A DNA stretch of 64,000 nucleotides, from assembly GCA_000442015.1 (NCBI GenBank), contig KE561265.1, positions 1 to 64,000 of the forward strand. Direction: 5' to 3'. Under the pieces are notes generated by a model. That model worked only from the letters and a program-made list of their open reading frames with translations. It did not search any database and was not told the origin of the DNA. The position numbers and the translations under genes are program-made. The stretch comes from Rozella allomycis CSF55 (taxonomy: Eukaryota). Below, one piece after another: positions 37,336 through 49,900 of this stretch; position 1 is the first letter of the stretch, and the number at the start of each line of letters is the position of its first letter.

Positions 37336-39764
37336 TCAGTACTTTATTTGTTTGCTGTTGTAGTAACTGTATGATTTATATATTGTAGCATCCAAATTAT
37401 TCTTTTCTAAAAGTTCAGCGAATGATTTTGCACCGCTTGATGTGAGCTGAATTTCATCATTTTTCATTATGGAAATAAGTTCTTTGGCAGCCTCCAGATT
37501 GTCTACTTCATTAAGGAATGCCAAAGCGTGTTCACAAAAGTCAGAGTCTGGACTTCCTTTATCTAATATTGCCTTTATAATCTTCATTCCAGTTTCAGAA
37601 TCTTTATTTGTAGAACAATTGTCTAGAAGTCTAATGTAAGTTTGCAGATAGACTTTGTATCCATCACTACAAAGGTTTTGAATAATTGGAAATGCAAGTG
37701 ATGGTCTGTTTAATTCAATACAAAGATCAACCAACTGCATTAGAAAGACCCCTAGTTGGAAATAGCTTCCAAAATATCCAAGGCGTTTAAAATCGCTATA
37801 TTTTAAGGCATTGTCTAAATCTTTTAATAAAATGTATTTTCTCATTAGAAAACTGATTGTGTATGCATTCCATTCAACATGAAGCCTTTTCATATCGTCT
37901 AAAACCTGTGCAAGGGGCAAACATATTTTACTTTGTCAATTTTATCGAAATCTTTAAAATTTAAGTAATACTCCATCATGACATTGAAGAGTGACGTTTT
38001 GACGTTGTCTAGTCTTGTCAAGGCTAAATTGTAAACTTCTTCTGCTTTATCTGGGTTTCCAGCGCTGAACAATAGTTTAATAAAAGTAACGTAGCTTTTA
38101 GTTTCCAAGTAGGCATTTTCTTTTATGGCTCTTTCCAACCAAACATGGCTTTGATCTACATTGTGTGAACTCTGTAATTGTTCAAATACTTTTACAAAAA
38201 AGGTTTGAGAGAATGGCATTCCTTTTTCTTTCATAGCGCTAAATACAATAGAGTCATTCAATGAATCTTTGTTGGCTAACAATGCCAACAAATGTTCTTC
38301 ATACAACTCCCCAAGTATATCAAGAGGTAAATCTTTATTTAAGCTTAAGATTTCATTGGAATTTTGTATTGCTCCATTTCTACTAAATGACCAAATTAAA
38401 GCTTTGATGTGACTCTTTTCAATTGGAATTTTCAAGTCATTTAGCCTATTGAACCAAGCCACGCATTCATTGATTTTTCCGTTTGCTCCAAACTTGCGAA
38501 TTATATAATCCATCAATAACGCGGAAGGTTTTTCATTAAATTTCAAGTTTGTTTCAATTTCATTTACTATCATTAAAAAGTAATAATCGTCTTTCGTTTT
38601 GACTAATGTGCTATTGGTTGTTAAAAGCTCATTTAACAAAACTTCTAAAATTTTATTTGAAGTTTTAAACGATAGTTTTTTCATAAACATAAATTCATCA
38701 AATGCATTTAATGTTCGTTTGTATTGCAAGCAGCCCGATATCACTGATTCAAACATTTCAACTGATAAATATTTCTAAATTGTCATTTGTTAATCTAAAT
38801 GTTACTTTATTAGAACGATATCTATTAAACAATTTAAACAACATGTCAAACTTTCCAAGTCGCTTCAAAGTCTCCAGTTTCACTTCAAACATTTTCTTTG
38901 TAAATATTGACTTAAATTGATAGCATTGTTCAAAAATTTTATACGCTCTTTGAAAATCATTATGCCTAACTGCAAAATTTAAAATTTCTTCAACAGTTTT
39001 TGGACTAAAAATGGCAAAATGCTTTGATAAACTTTCAAACTCTCTCCAGAATTCTTCTTTTTGATTATGTTTAGACAATTCTTTGAAATACTTTTCAATA
39101 GATGAAGAACTCAAAGTTTGTAGGTCTAAAAGGGGTTTTTCATAACTTTTAACATCATTAGTCACATTTTCATTGCAAGATACATTGATTACAAGTAATT
39201 CTTTCGGTATATCATACACTTTTATATCATCAACATTTATTTCGTCGATTCCATTTTTTCTCATTACATTTTTCAATACATCAATAGTAAGTTTATTATC
39301 TATTTTCTTCCTCTCCAAGGCAACTTTTGCTAATTCTTGAATCTTGTCAACTTCTTTCATTTTATCATAATACTGTAAAATGCATTGCAGTATTTGTTCA
39401 TTGAAACATGGGCCATCAAAATCAAGAATAAAGTCACACAGTCTTTTAAATTCTTCTCTAGAATTCTAATTTAAACGATTATATTAGATATTACATCTTC
39501 AATCACATATTTGCTATAAAATTCGTCCAATAAATTCATCAGATCCCTTGTTTCAATCATTCCTTTCGCTAAAATTGCATGAGGCTTATTTTCCATCTTC
39601 AAATTTATCCACGTCACTATATTGTCGCCAGATTCAGGTTTAGAGATACAATTCAGAGACCGAACCATTTCTAAATCCCTTTTTACCAGTACGGTACTAG
39701 AATATAGGCGTTTAAAGAATATATTTTTGCACAAATGTTTCACGTTAAAAGACTTTAGATACAT
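37336..39764 (-). CDS. PPR-like helical repeat protein, probably mitochondrial
   Basis: Basic N-terminal presequence-like segment (FFKRLYSS); ~35-aa helical repeats (LFNVMMEYY, WNAYTISFLM, QTYIRLLDNC). 3 introns join the four ORFs. Confidence 0.7.
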
Positions 39765-39773
39765 ATGTAATTA

Positions 39774-40904
39774 TTAAAATTGCCAGGGTAAGTACAAAGT
39801 AATATGCCATTTTATTAGTATTCCGTCATCATCACAAGTTACAAATTCGTTTTCTCCTATCCATTTAATGTCGTTTATATCAACTACGGAAGCATTTTCA
39901 TAATATTGCATCAACTCCAAAATTTCCTTCTCCTCGTCGTTTTTACTCTAAAACAATATAAATAATGATATTTACCAATTTATAAATTGAGATACTTCGA
40001 TCAGCGCCAGAGCATACTATCAAATCCGGTCGCCATTTATTCCATGATACACAATAAGCAGGTAATGGAAACATTGTCTCTTTCCCTTCTTTCCCAATTT
40101 TACACTTGATAATATTCTCGTATTCTATTTAAAGATAAATAAAATATTACTCGAATCAATCATCTTAAAAATGGCAATGTTACTGTCTTCAGAAACTGAC
40201 ACAAAATAATCACCAATTGCATTGAAATCAATCGCCCAAACAATGGATTCATGGACTTGTATCACCTGATCACAAAACCATTCGTCATCATTAGGATCTG
40301 CTTTCCAAACTCGAATAGTATTGTCATAACTGCAGGATAACAATATTTCGTCAGACGGGTGCCACAAGACCTTTTTAACGTCTTGAGAATGTTCTTGAAG
40401 AATTGAAAGACACTCAAATTCATTGTCATCTTGTGCTTCCCAAATCCAAACGCTCTTGTCACGACCACAAGTCGCAAGTAACTGTCCGTTAGAATGCCAT
40501 GTTACACATTTCACCTCATTTTCATGGCCCTCCAAAGTCGCAATCAATTCGAAATCTTTTTTTAAAAGATTATCATTGAAATACCATCTTCTAGTTNATC
40601 ATTGAATTACCATCTTCTAGTTCTTTTCGCAAAATATTGCACACACCATCAAAACCACATGACGCAATTTTATTTGGAAAAGGAGAAAAGCATATATTCC
40701 TAACTGTTCTATCATGGGCATTTTCAAATTCGCTCATGATCTCCATCGAAGGGATCTTCCACAAAATAATCTTCTTGTCGGATGAACAAGACAACATATA
40801 TTTGGCATCAAATGATAGAGATAAAGCCCAGGCACATTCGGAATGCGCTAAATTAATTAAATATGACATGTACCTTTGAAAGAATCAACTTTTTCTATGA
40901 GCAT
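39774..40904 (-). CDS. CIA1: Cytosolic Fe-S assembly WD40 protein Cia1
   Basis: [51 protein letters not shown] and SCSYDNT motifs. Confidence 0.93.
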
Positions 40905-40921
40905 TATTGTGAAAAATCAGA

Positions 40922-41720
40922 ATGGTGACTTTTCTTTCTGAATCTCAAGAATCATCATCCGACAAGGAAAATCGATTTAAAAGTAAAAATCTCATTTATC
41001 ATGAAACTAGTTTCAAGAAAGAAAAGATCTTCTTTCACTATCATCGACAGTCATGATTCTCAGATGTTATCCAGTCAAAAGTCAAGTCGGAAAGTGAAAA
41101 GAAGTCCCAGTTTCAATATTACAGAAAACATGAGTCAGAATCTCTTTGATACTGAGATGCATGGGAACATAGAATACGAGAGCAGTCAACCAAGTGAAGA
41201 ATTGAAACCAATTATTGAATTATACTCCAAAGAATACATTAATAGCATTGAAGACAATCCTTTTACCACTACGGACTCAGATACTATGATGAATGAGCTG
41301 TCTATACATCCCATTAATCACTGTGACATAATTAATGTCAATGATATAACAACTACGGATTCAATAGATGAAATTCATTTTAAATACCGTAATGAGGAAA
41401 GAGAACAGGTGAGGAGTTTATTGACTGCCAAAGTCGATGTGGCCGCGACGGCGACAAATAGCGTTGTACTATTTGAACGATTAAAAGGAGTCATTGATGA
41501 TAAAGATATTGATTTACCTTATATTCAAAACACTGTGTTTACTGTTATCAGTGAGCTAGAACCCAAATTTGACAATGTCCACGTTTATGATGTAGAAATT
41601 AACAAGGAACAAAGGGGAACATTAATTTCTCAAAGAATATTAAATAATGGTAGTGTTTTAAATAGTGACCATTATAAATTTGTGGAAGTTTCATTAAATA
41701 GTTACGTCATGAAAAACTGA
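40922..41720 (+). CDS. Hypothetical protein (S/Q-rich N-terminus)
   Basis: 239-aa ORF, extendable to the ATG at 40922 via a 28-nt GT-AG intron (40983-41010). No family recognised. Confidence 0.5.
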
Positions 41721-42010
41721 GATGCCGCGCATATCATGGTCAGTTAAGAATAAGCTGTGCATTTTATGAATAAAGCAATTTATTGTATTTAAAGTCATGT
41801 TAATGAATTACAATTATGCTCCAAGTTTAGGGGTAACCTCCCAACTAGATGTATTTGTAATTACCCGTTAAGTTCAAACTTCTCATACCTACTATATATC
41901 TAGTATCTACTAATATTAATGCAATCAATATCATTTTTAATATTAATGCATTCATTTTTTTCGGCTTCAGAATTTCCTAAAAGTGAACAAAACAATATTG
42001 ACAACAGGAT

Positions 42011-44091
42011 ATGACCAGAAACATACAAGATTTGATTTCATTCTTTACTAGGAATAAAGACTTTATTCCTCCTAATTATGAAGCAACATTGGATGGTTGG
42101 AAAACATTAACAAATGAAGAAGTGTTAAGAATTCATAACTTTGTTCCATTTTGGGCAGAAGAGTATTTCATCAATATAGTTATTCAAAATTACTTGTATG
42201 ATCATTCAAACGAAGAGGTATTGCAGAGATTGGCTACAACAAAGCCCAAAGTATTTGCTGGATTTATTTCAAGGGAATGGTTGAAGGAAAGTAATATTAA
42301 ATGTCTGTTGAATATTCTATCATTAATATCTGATCATCTTAAACCAGAATTTGTTCTTGAAATCCTGGAAAATGCCATTGAAAGAATAGATGACGAGACT
42401 GTTTTAAAGTCGACAACAGCATATTTAATGAGAAACACGAGTAAATTTAGCGAGGCTCTAGTTTATAAACTCATTGATAATTTGTCTGAGACGCAAGATA
42501 GAAACCTGGTTTATACATTACTACATGTACTANTTATACATTACTACATATCGTAGTCAAAAATAGACCTGAATTTATTTCATTATGGAAAGATTTATTG
42601 CTTCCAAATTTAAGTCTTGACATTGAGATTGAAAAGAGAAAGAAATCATGGATGATATTGTCCATGCTATGCGATAGCAACGATTTTACTGAAAAGGCCT
42701 TGAATATGGATCAAATGGAGTCTATTCTAGAAGATATTGAGTTTGAGAGTGAAGATTGCGTATTAAGTATTCTGAAATGTCTAAATTGTTGGCAAAGAAG
42801 AAAGGAAGCGCGAGAACTTTTAAGTCTAAAATGCAAAGGTTTTTTAAAACAAAAAGTACACATTGAAAAGTACAAAACACTTTCGCTTGTTTGCTTGAGC
42901 AAAATTGAACCAAAGGTTGAGTATTTTAAGCAACTGGTTAGACAGTTTCCTTTGGACAGCAGTAAAGAAGAAATATTAGAAGCATTAGTTGCAGGGTCTT
43001 CTATTGGTGAGATTAAAGAATATTTGTGCAAAGAAATTGAAATATTTTACAGATTTATTGAAAATGATTGTAATGAATCTTTGCATTTAAGTATTTTAAC
43101 AATAATAAACAATATTTGTAATTTTAAACCTATTCTTTCTAAAGAACAAGAAGAAATGAAAAAACTTGCGAAAATTGCAAAACAATTTGTACCAGATGAT
43201 GATGCATTGAATGAGGATGAATTTGTTTCCAAAAGATGTAAAATAATTTTAAAATCCAAAATTCTTTCTTTATTAATAAAAAAGAGCAAATCTGAAGAGA
43301 ATTTGAAGCTCTTTGTAAAGCTCTCGAATTCGATTGTGCGTGATCAAGAAAATAGAAATGAATATGTGAAACAATGCGGAATAAAACACTTACTGAAATC
43401 AATTTCTTTTAATAAAGATGACAATGAAATTGTTAATTTAGCCAGTGTTGCATTAAGCAGAATCTGCATTAGCGTTAATCCAAATTTAGGATTTTCGACA
43501 TCTCAACAACAAGAATTATGCGTTATTTTTAATAATATGTTGAAAACTGAAGATTCTTTGACTTTATTTGAAACTTTGCTGGCGTTGACAAACATGGTTT
43601 CAATTGGCAAAGAAATTCAATCGTTTGTATTTGAAAGAAAAATGCATAAAAATGTTGAGGTTCATTTATTGCATTCTAACGAGAGGATTCAATGTGCTGC
43701 AGCAGAATTCTTTTGCAATTTATCAATGTTTACTCCATTTGTTGAAAGTTGTGCTTCCAGTTCCAAATTGCAATTGTTTGTGTATTTAATGGATGCTCAT
43801 ATGACTGAAACTAGATCAGCTGCTAGTGGATGCCTTGCTATAATGTGTGAACAATCAGACCAAGTATGCCAAGCGTTAGTTAAATGTGATCGTTTCATTA
43901 ACATTTTATCTTTATTAATAAAAGAAGAAAATCATTCTTTAGTTGAGAGAGGGCTTGTAATTCTAGCGTCCTGCGTTCATTATCTTCAGAGAAAAGAAAG
44001 ACTAGAATTTATTCCAATGATTTCCAAAAAGACGTTTGATCCACAAATGAAAGAAATTTTAAATTATTTAAATCAAAATTTAATATTGTAA
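42011..44091 (+). CDS. UCS-domain myosin chaperone (She4/Cro1/UNC-45)
   Basis: KLAKIAKQFVP, ALSRICISVNP, LTLFETLLALTNM, IQCAAAEFFCNL and RSAASGCLA motifs. The N at ~42533 interrupts the gene. Confidence 0.85.
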
Positions 44092-44152
44092 ATAAAATAT
44101 TTAAATGAAAAAAATAAATCACGATTTTTATTTGTGGTTTCTTTAGGCCTTT

Positions 44153-45123
44153 TTATCGTTGATTTTTCATTTGTTGGGCTTTGCGGAGTTTCATCAAAAT
44201 TGTGTTTTCGAATTCATCAAAATTATCAAGAAAGTTTTTTTCTAAATTTAAATTCTTCTTTTCTGTTTTTTCTTCATCAACTTTCTTTGCGATCATTGGA
44301 GCGCTTCCTTTGGCCCAATTGATTGTGAATGGCTCCAACCTTTCATCACCCTCGCTCTTTTTTGAAATTACATAAAACTACTCAATATTTAAATATAAAT
44401 TTACAGCTTCTGTTGTTGTTTTGAATAAAATCACTGCACTTGGCTTCGTAGTCGACATTACTAAATGCTCAACCATCCCATAATCATTAAATAAGTGAAG
44501 TAGCATTTCTTTATCATATGAATCTATATTCAACCATTTAATGTGCAATGTTCTATCCAATTCAGATTCCTTTTGTTTTTCTAATTCTACATTCTCTTTG
44601 GAATCGAAATATTTTCTCAGCAGAATATCTTCTTCTTCTTTAATCTTTTCATACCCTTGTCTTTTAAGTTCGTTTAACTATTTAATCATCTATCTAATGG
44701 TTACTTGCATTTGTCTTTTAACTTTCTCTTCATACTCCTCATCTTTTCTCTTTTTAAACGCAGACTCTCCATTAACAAGTTCTACTCAAACTAATTATTA
44801 ATTCTTACTGTCCATCATTCTCTTCCTCACTGCATCCATTTCAGCATCTCTCTTTTTTCTTTCCAATTTCGCCTTGTACATTTCATCATACTTTTTCCTT
44901 GTTTCAGGATTATTTAACACATCAAATGATTTTTTAACCAACAGAAACATCTTCTCTATCTTCTATCACTAATAAAAATACCTGCATCAGGATTATCTGG
45001 ATTCTTGTCTGGATGATACTGCAATGCCTTCAAACGATACGCCTTCGATATATCCTTTTCATTTGCAAAGGGTTCAACTTGCAACAACTCATAAATATCC
45101 TGTGAAAAATCAAACTCTGACAT
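44153..45123 (-). CDS. CWC23: Spliceosomal J-domain protein Cwc23/DNAJC17 (J domain + RRM)
   Basis: DIYELLQV...[19 protein letters not shown], coiled coil, and an RRM beginning TLHIKW...LFNDYG. 4 introns. Confidence 0.8.
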
Positions 45124-45182
45124 AAATACAAATGTGGCGCTGCATTAGGTCTAAACATTTTTAATCTATTCGAAAATATTTA

Positions 45183-46607
45183 TTAATGTAGATGACGATT
45201 TAAGCAAGAATCCTTACAAACACGCTGCCGAGTTGGGATTTTATTGTGGAACTGATCACTCTTCATATCAATTTGTTCAATTAAATCAACGTAAAAATCT
45301 AAATATGGCCCTGAGCAACTCTCACAAACACTTTCATACTTGTTCAAGTGGCAGTAAAGAAGAAAAGGCAACAATCTATCTTCAGCGCTCATCATTGAAT
45401 CAAGAGAACCTTCATTAAACTCTATCATTTCCAAATTGTTCAATTGATTCATGTCTTGCTCGCCCTTCTTGTTTTCATTAATCATAATTTTCATTGGTTC
45501 AGCAAATTTTCCAATAATAAACATTCTACTACAAAGCTCCTTCAAAGTGGGCGTATTTGAGTCATTAGGATAATACTTGCCAGTACTTGAGAGTAGCGGA
45601 TTTTCTGTCGCATTAAAGTTTTCCACCTCTCGAAGCATTTCAAAGGTAGCGGGGAACCAGCTTATTCTATTTCTTCTCAGGTCAAGTTTAACCAACTGTC
45701 TAAGATCTCCTAGTTCAATAGGCAGCTCCGTGATATAATTTTGAACAAACCCGCATTTCTTCAAACTATGCAATTTCCCTATAGTAGATGGTAATTCTAC
45801 AATTCGGTTATCATTAAGATTCAAATATTCCAGCTTTGACAACATCCCAATTTCAAAAGGTAAAGATTCAATGAGATTAATTGCTAGATTCAAACGCACC
45901 AAATTGCATAGACGATGGACATCAATTGGAATCTTTGTTATCCTATTTGTATGCATTATCAAAGATTTGAGCATTTTCAAGTCCACTATTTGCGGCGGGA
46001 AAACATTAAACGTATTCACCGAAAGATTAAGCTCATTTAGAGATTTCAAATTTGAAAATGAGCTTGGCAGGGAAGTCAAATGATTATTCGTAGCTGATAA
46101 AGAGCTCAAGTTTTTCAGATTACCAAACTCTTGCGGCAGAATAGTCAATTCATTCCACGAAACATCCAAAAAGGTCAAATTCGTCAAATTACATATTGAA
46201 TCTGGAAGTACTGTAAGAATATTCCTCTGCAAATCCAACGCCTTCAATCTAACGAGTTCCCCAATGCTTTCTGGCAGTGAATGCAGCTGGTTACTAGCCA
46301 CAGTCAACAATTTCAAGTTTTTCAACAACCCAAAATCTTGTGGCAGTTCAGTTAGTCTATTAAACGACAATGATAGTTTTGTTAAATTTTTGAGTAACAA
46401 AAACTCTTTTGGAATTGACTGGATGAGATTTTCTCTGAATGAAACTTCGATTAGCTTTTTAAAGTGAGAAATCCTGGGATCTATTTTCGTGAGTTGATTG
46501 TTTCGCAAGTGAATCGAGGTTATTGAAGAGTATTTGAAAATGTCGTCTGGGATTGACACTAGTTGTTGGTCACTGAGGTTAATGGCGCGTGAATCCGTGT
46601 TTCCCAT
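45183..46607 (-). CDS. Leucine-rich repeat protein with a predicted N-myristoylation motif
   Basis: About 13 LxxLxLxxNxLxxLP repeats; MGNTDS N-terminus; C-terminal PTLKELC and Cys motifs. Confidence 0.85.
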   Translation of the reverse strand: MGNTDSRAINLSDQQLVSIPDDIFKYSSITSIHLRNNQLTKIDPRISHFKKLIEVSFRENLIQSIPKEFLLLKNLTKLSLSFNRLTELPQDFGLLKNLKLLTVASNQLHSLPESIGELVRLKALDLQRNILTVLPDSICNLTNLTFLDVSWNELTILPQEFGNLKNLSSLSATNNHLTSLPSSFSNLKSLNELNLSVNTFNVFPPQIVDLKMLKSLIMHTNRITKIPIDVHRLCNLVRLNLAINLIESLPFEIGMLSKLEYLNLNDNRIVELPSTIGKLHSLKKCGFVQNYITELPIELGDLRQLVKLDLRRNRISWFPATFEMLREVENFNATENPLLSSTGKYYPNDSNTPTLKELCSRMFIIGKFAEPMKIMINENKKGEQDMNQLNNLEMIEFNEGSLDSMMSAEDRLLPFLLYCHLNKYESVCESCSGPYLDFYVDLIEQIDMKSDQFHNKIPTRQRVCKDSCLNRHLH

Positions 46608-46934
46608 TTCGTGTGGGGAGCTGGCATGATATTTATATAGAGATTTGAATGAGCCAATCGTTTAGTGAGGGACATGCGGTACCACTTTTGTCTGCCTAAA
46701 AATAGGCTTGAAACAGATCGTGTCCGTGGTGGGTTGTGAGTAATGAGTTTAAACCAAAGACAAAATCCTTTGTTGAGTTTATGAAAACCAATTACTTTGA
46801 GTGAGTCGATATTTTTCTAAATACGCATATGTGCCCTGAAAAGTGAAAAGAATTTATTTCACAATTCCAAATAACTATCACACTGAATAAGCTCTGTCAA
46901 ATCAACATTAGAATTTAGATTTACTTTGCCACCA

Positions 46935-49900
46935 ATGGAATCAACGAGTGTCAAAGTGGCGCTCCGGATCCGCCCTTTATCAACGAGCGAACGTCTGAGC
47001 GACTGTTCTGAATGTATATTTGTGCACCCTGACGAAGCGAACCAGGTTGTGTTGGGGCAGAACCGCAGTTTCACGTTTGACCGGGTGTTCCCTAGCGAGA
47101 GTGACCAGAGATATGTGTATGAGGGGGTAGTTGAAGCGATGGTGAAAAAGTTTTGCGAGGGGTATAATGTGACGATCATGGCGTATGGACAGACGTGCAG
47201 TGGGAAGAGTTATACGATGGGGACTAGTTTGGATGGGAATGAGGATGAAGATGCTGGGAGCCAAGGTATGGAGTTGCGTTTGTGGAGAGATAGGTAAGAT
47301 GATGGGAGGGGAATTGTGTAGGTAATTTGGAGGTGGGTGGTAGAGTAGGTGTTATATCGAGGGCGATTGATACGTTGTTTGGGATTGTTGGGGACAAGGA
47401 GCACGAGATGCGAGTTACGTTTGTGGAGCTGTATAATGAAGATATTGTTGATTTGTTTTCGCAAAAGAGCAAGTCGATCCAGATAAGGGAGGATGTGAAT
47501 GGCAGTATAGTGCTTGTTGGAGTGACTGAAGAGAATGTGAGGAATGCGAGTGAAGTGATAGAGTAAAATGAATTTGAAACAAAAAGTAGATTGATGAGAC
47601 GTGGATTGTTGAATCGGAGTACGGGGAGTACTGATATGAATTTGGTGTCATCGCGGTCGCATGCGATATTTAGTGTGTGTTTGAGACAGATGCGTGATGG
47701 AGTGAGTGTGATATCCAAGATGAATTTTGTTGATTTGGCAGGATCTGAGAGATTGAAGCGAACGAATGCGACTGGCGATCGGGCTAGAGAGTCAATTTCA
47801 ATCAACTCTGGACTGTTAGCACTTGGGAATGTGATCTCAGCGCTGGGAGATGAGAGCAGGAGGGGTGGACATGTGCCTTATAGAGATTCCAAGTTGACGC
47901 GACTGTTGCAGGTAACAATGATGAAGTTTGATGAAAGGTAAAAGAAGAGAGGGTGTTAATGAAAGGATTCACTTGGAGGCAATAGTCAGACGTTGATGAT
48001 GGCGTGTGTGTCACCTGCTGATAGTAATTTTATGGAGACGTTGAATACGCTAAAGTATGCGAATAGGGCTAGGAATATAAAGAACAAGGCGATGATTAAT
48101 GAGGAGAAGAGTGAGATTGAGCAGTTGAAGATGCAGATAAGGATGTTGAAGAATGAGGCAGGGAGGGAAAGGAATGTAGAGATTGAAAAGGAGATTAAAG
48201 AGATGAAATTGGCGTTGATTGAAAAGGATGAAAGATTGAAGAGAGTTTTGGAAGAGTTGAAAAAGGTTGAAATAGAAAAGGAGTGTTTGAAGTTGGTTCA
48301 TAAGGGAGAAGATGTAGAAGAAATGATAAAGAAGATTAAAGTTCATGTTGAGCCAATGATTAATGATTACATTAAAGAGATTCAAGAGTTGAAATTTATG
48401 CAAAGTAATGTGAAGAGTGCTAGTAGTAGGGATATGCAAAGCATTAGTAGTACTAGTAGAGATATAAGAAGCAGTGGAGACTCGCCAATTAATGGTAGTG
48501 GGGAATTACTTTTACAGAATAGTTTGATTAATAAGAGTTTAACTTTGAATAAATCTGAGAGTTTTAGTGGAGATTTGATTTCTAGTTTTGAAAGAATAAA
48601 TTTGAATGAGCAAGAGAATAAAGAGAGATTGGAGAGAGTTGAGAATGATATAAATTTAAAAGAGAGATTGGTAGAAAAGTTGAAATTAGATCAAGAAGAA
48701 TATGAAAAGATTATAATTGAAAACACCCGAAAGATGAATGACTTGATGCAAGTTAGAGAAGGCGATGATTTTAATGACAAGTATAACGACAAGGCTAGTC
48801 TCTACAGTCTCAGTACAAACTCTAACCTCAATAACCCTGTTAATAGAAACTTTAAAAGTAATTCATCGAATGCATTGGTTGAATTGAAAAAGAAACATCA
48901 ACAAGTAAAAAGAATAAACTTAAATTAAAAAGGATTTATTGATTGCAATGAAAAAGACAAAGGCAAATGAACAATTGATAGAATCAATGAAGAATTCAAT
49001 ACAAAATCTAAAGAGTGAGAAGATCAAATTAATGAATAAAATTAAGCAAGAAAATAATAAATTTAAATTAATTGAACAAAACAAAGAAATGGAAATTAAA
49101 AGATTGAAAAGAAAAGAAGCAAAACAAAATTCAGAAATTAAAAAATATTTCAGAAATTTAGAAATTAAAAATAATCTACTTGAAAGAAAAAATGAACAAG
49201 TTTTAAACTTTAAAAATAAATTAAAATTAATGTTGAATAGTAAAAAAAGAATTCGCAAAAATAATTTCAAACTAGAAGATTTTGAAGACTTGGGTGGTGA
49301 AAGGGTTAAGAGAGTAGAAAGTGATATTGAGAGAGTAGAAAGGGTAGAAGGTGATAATAAGAGAGTAGAAAGGATAATAGGTGATATTGAAAGGGATAAA
49401 CTTACTAGTGTCAGTGGGAGAGATAAACTCACTAGTGAGAGGGATAAGCCTACACTTAAACAATACCCTTTACCAATGTCTCTTTCATCAACAAATTTAT
49501 CGTTGGCTGATTTGTTGATTAATAATTTAATAAGAGAATTGGATGAATGCGTAAAGATTAAACAACAAGATCAATTAATGAATGAAATGATTAGATTCAG
49601 AGAAAGATTAGTTTCAGAAAGAAATAAATTACTTGATAAAATTTATAATGGAAAAAAAGATTTAAATCTAGAAAAAGATCTAGAAAAAGATTTGGAAATT
49701 TTAAATTCTCAAATTTCTTTTCTAACAAATGAAAAAATTAAAGAAATTCAAAATGAAATTTGTTTAAATTCTAATTATTCTTCTTTTGATGATTCTCTTT
49801 CTAATCTAATAAATATTCTCAAATCTCTATCTGTCAAAGAAGCTGATGAAATATTCAGATTCATCATTGAAGAAATTGTTAATCTCAAAATATCTGAAAA

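Noticed and set aside
40568-40622. Duplicated exon end and donor in CIA1, resembling a stacked intron
   Set aside because: The duplicate spans an N and includes exon sequence, so it is an artefact and was not counted as a compound intron.
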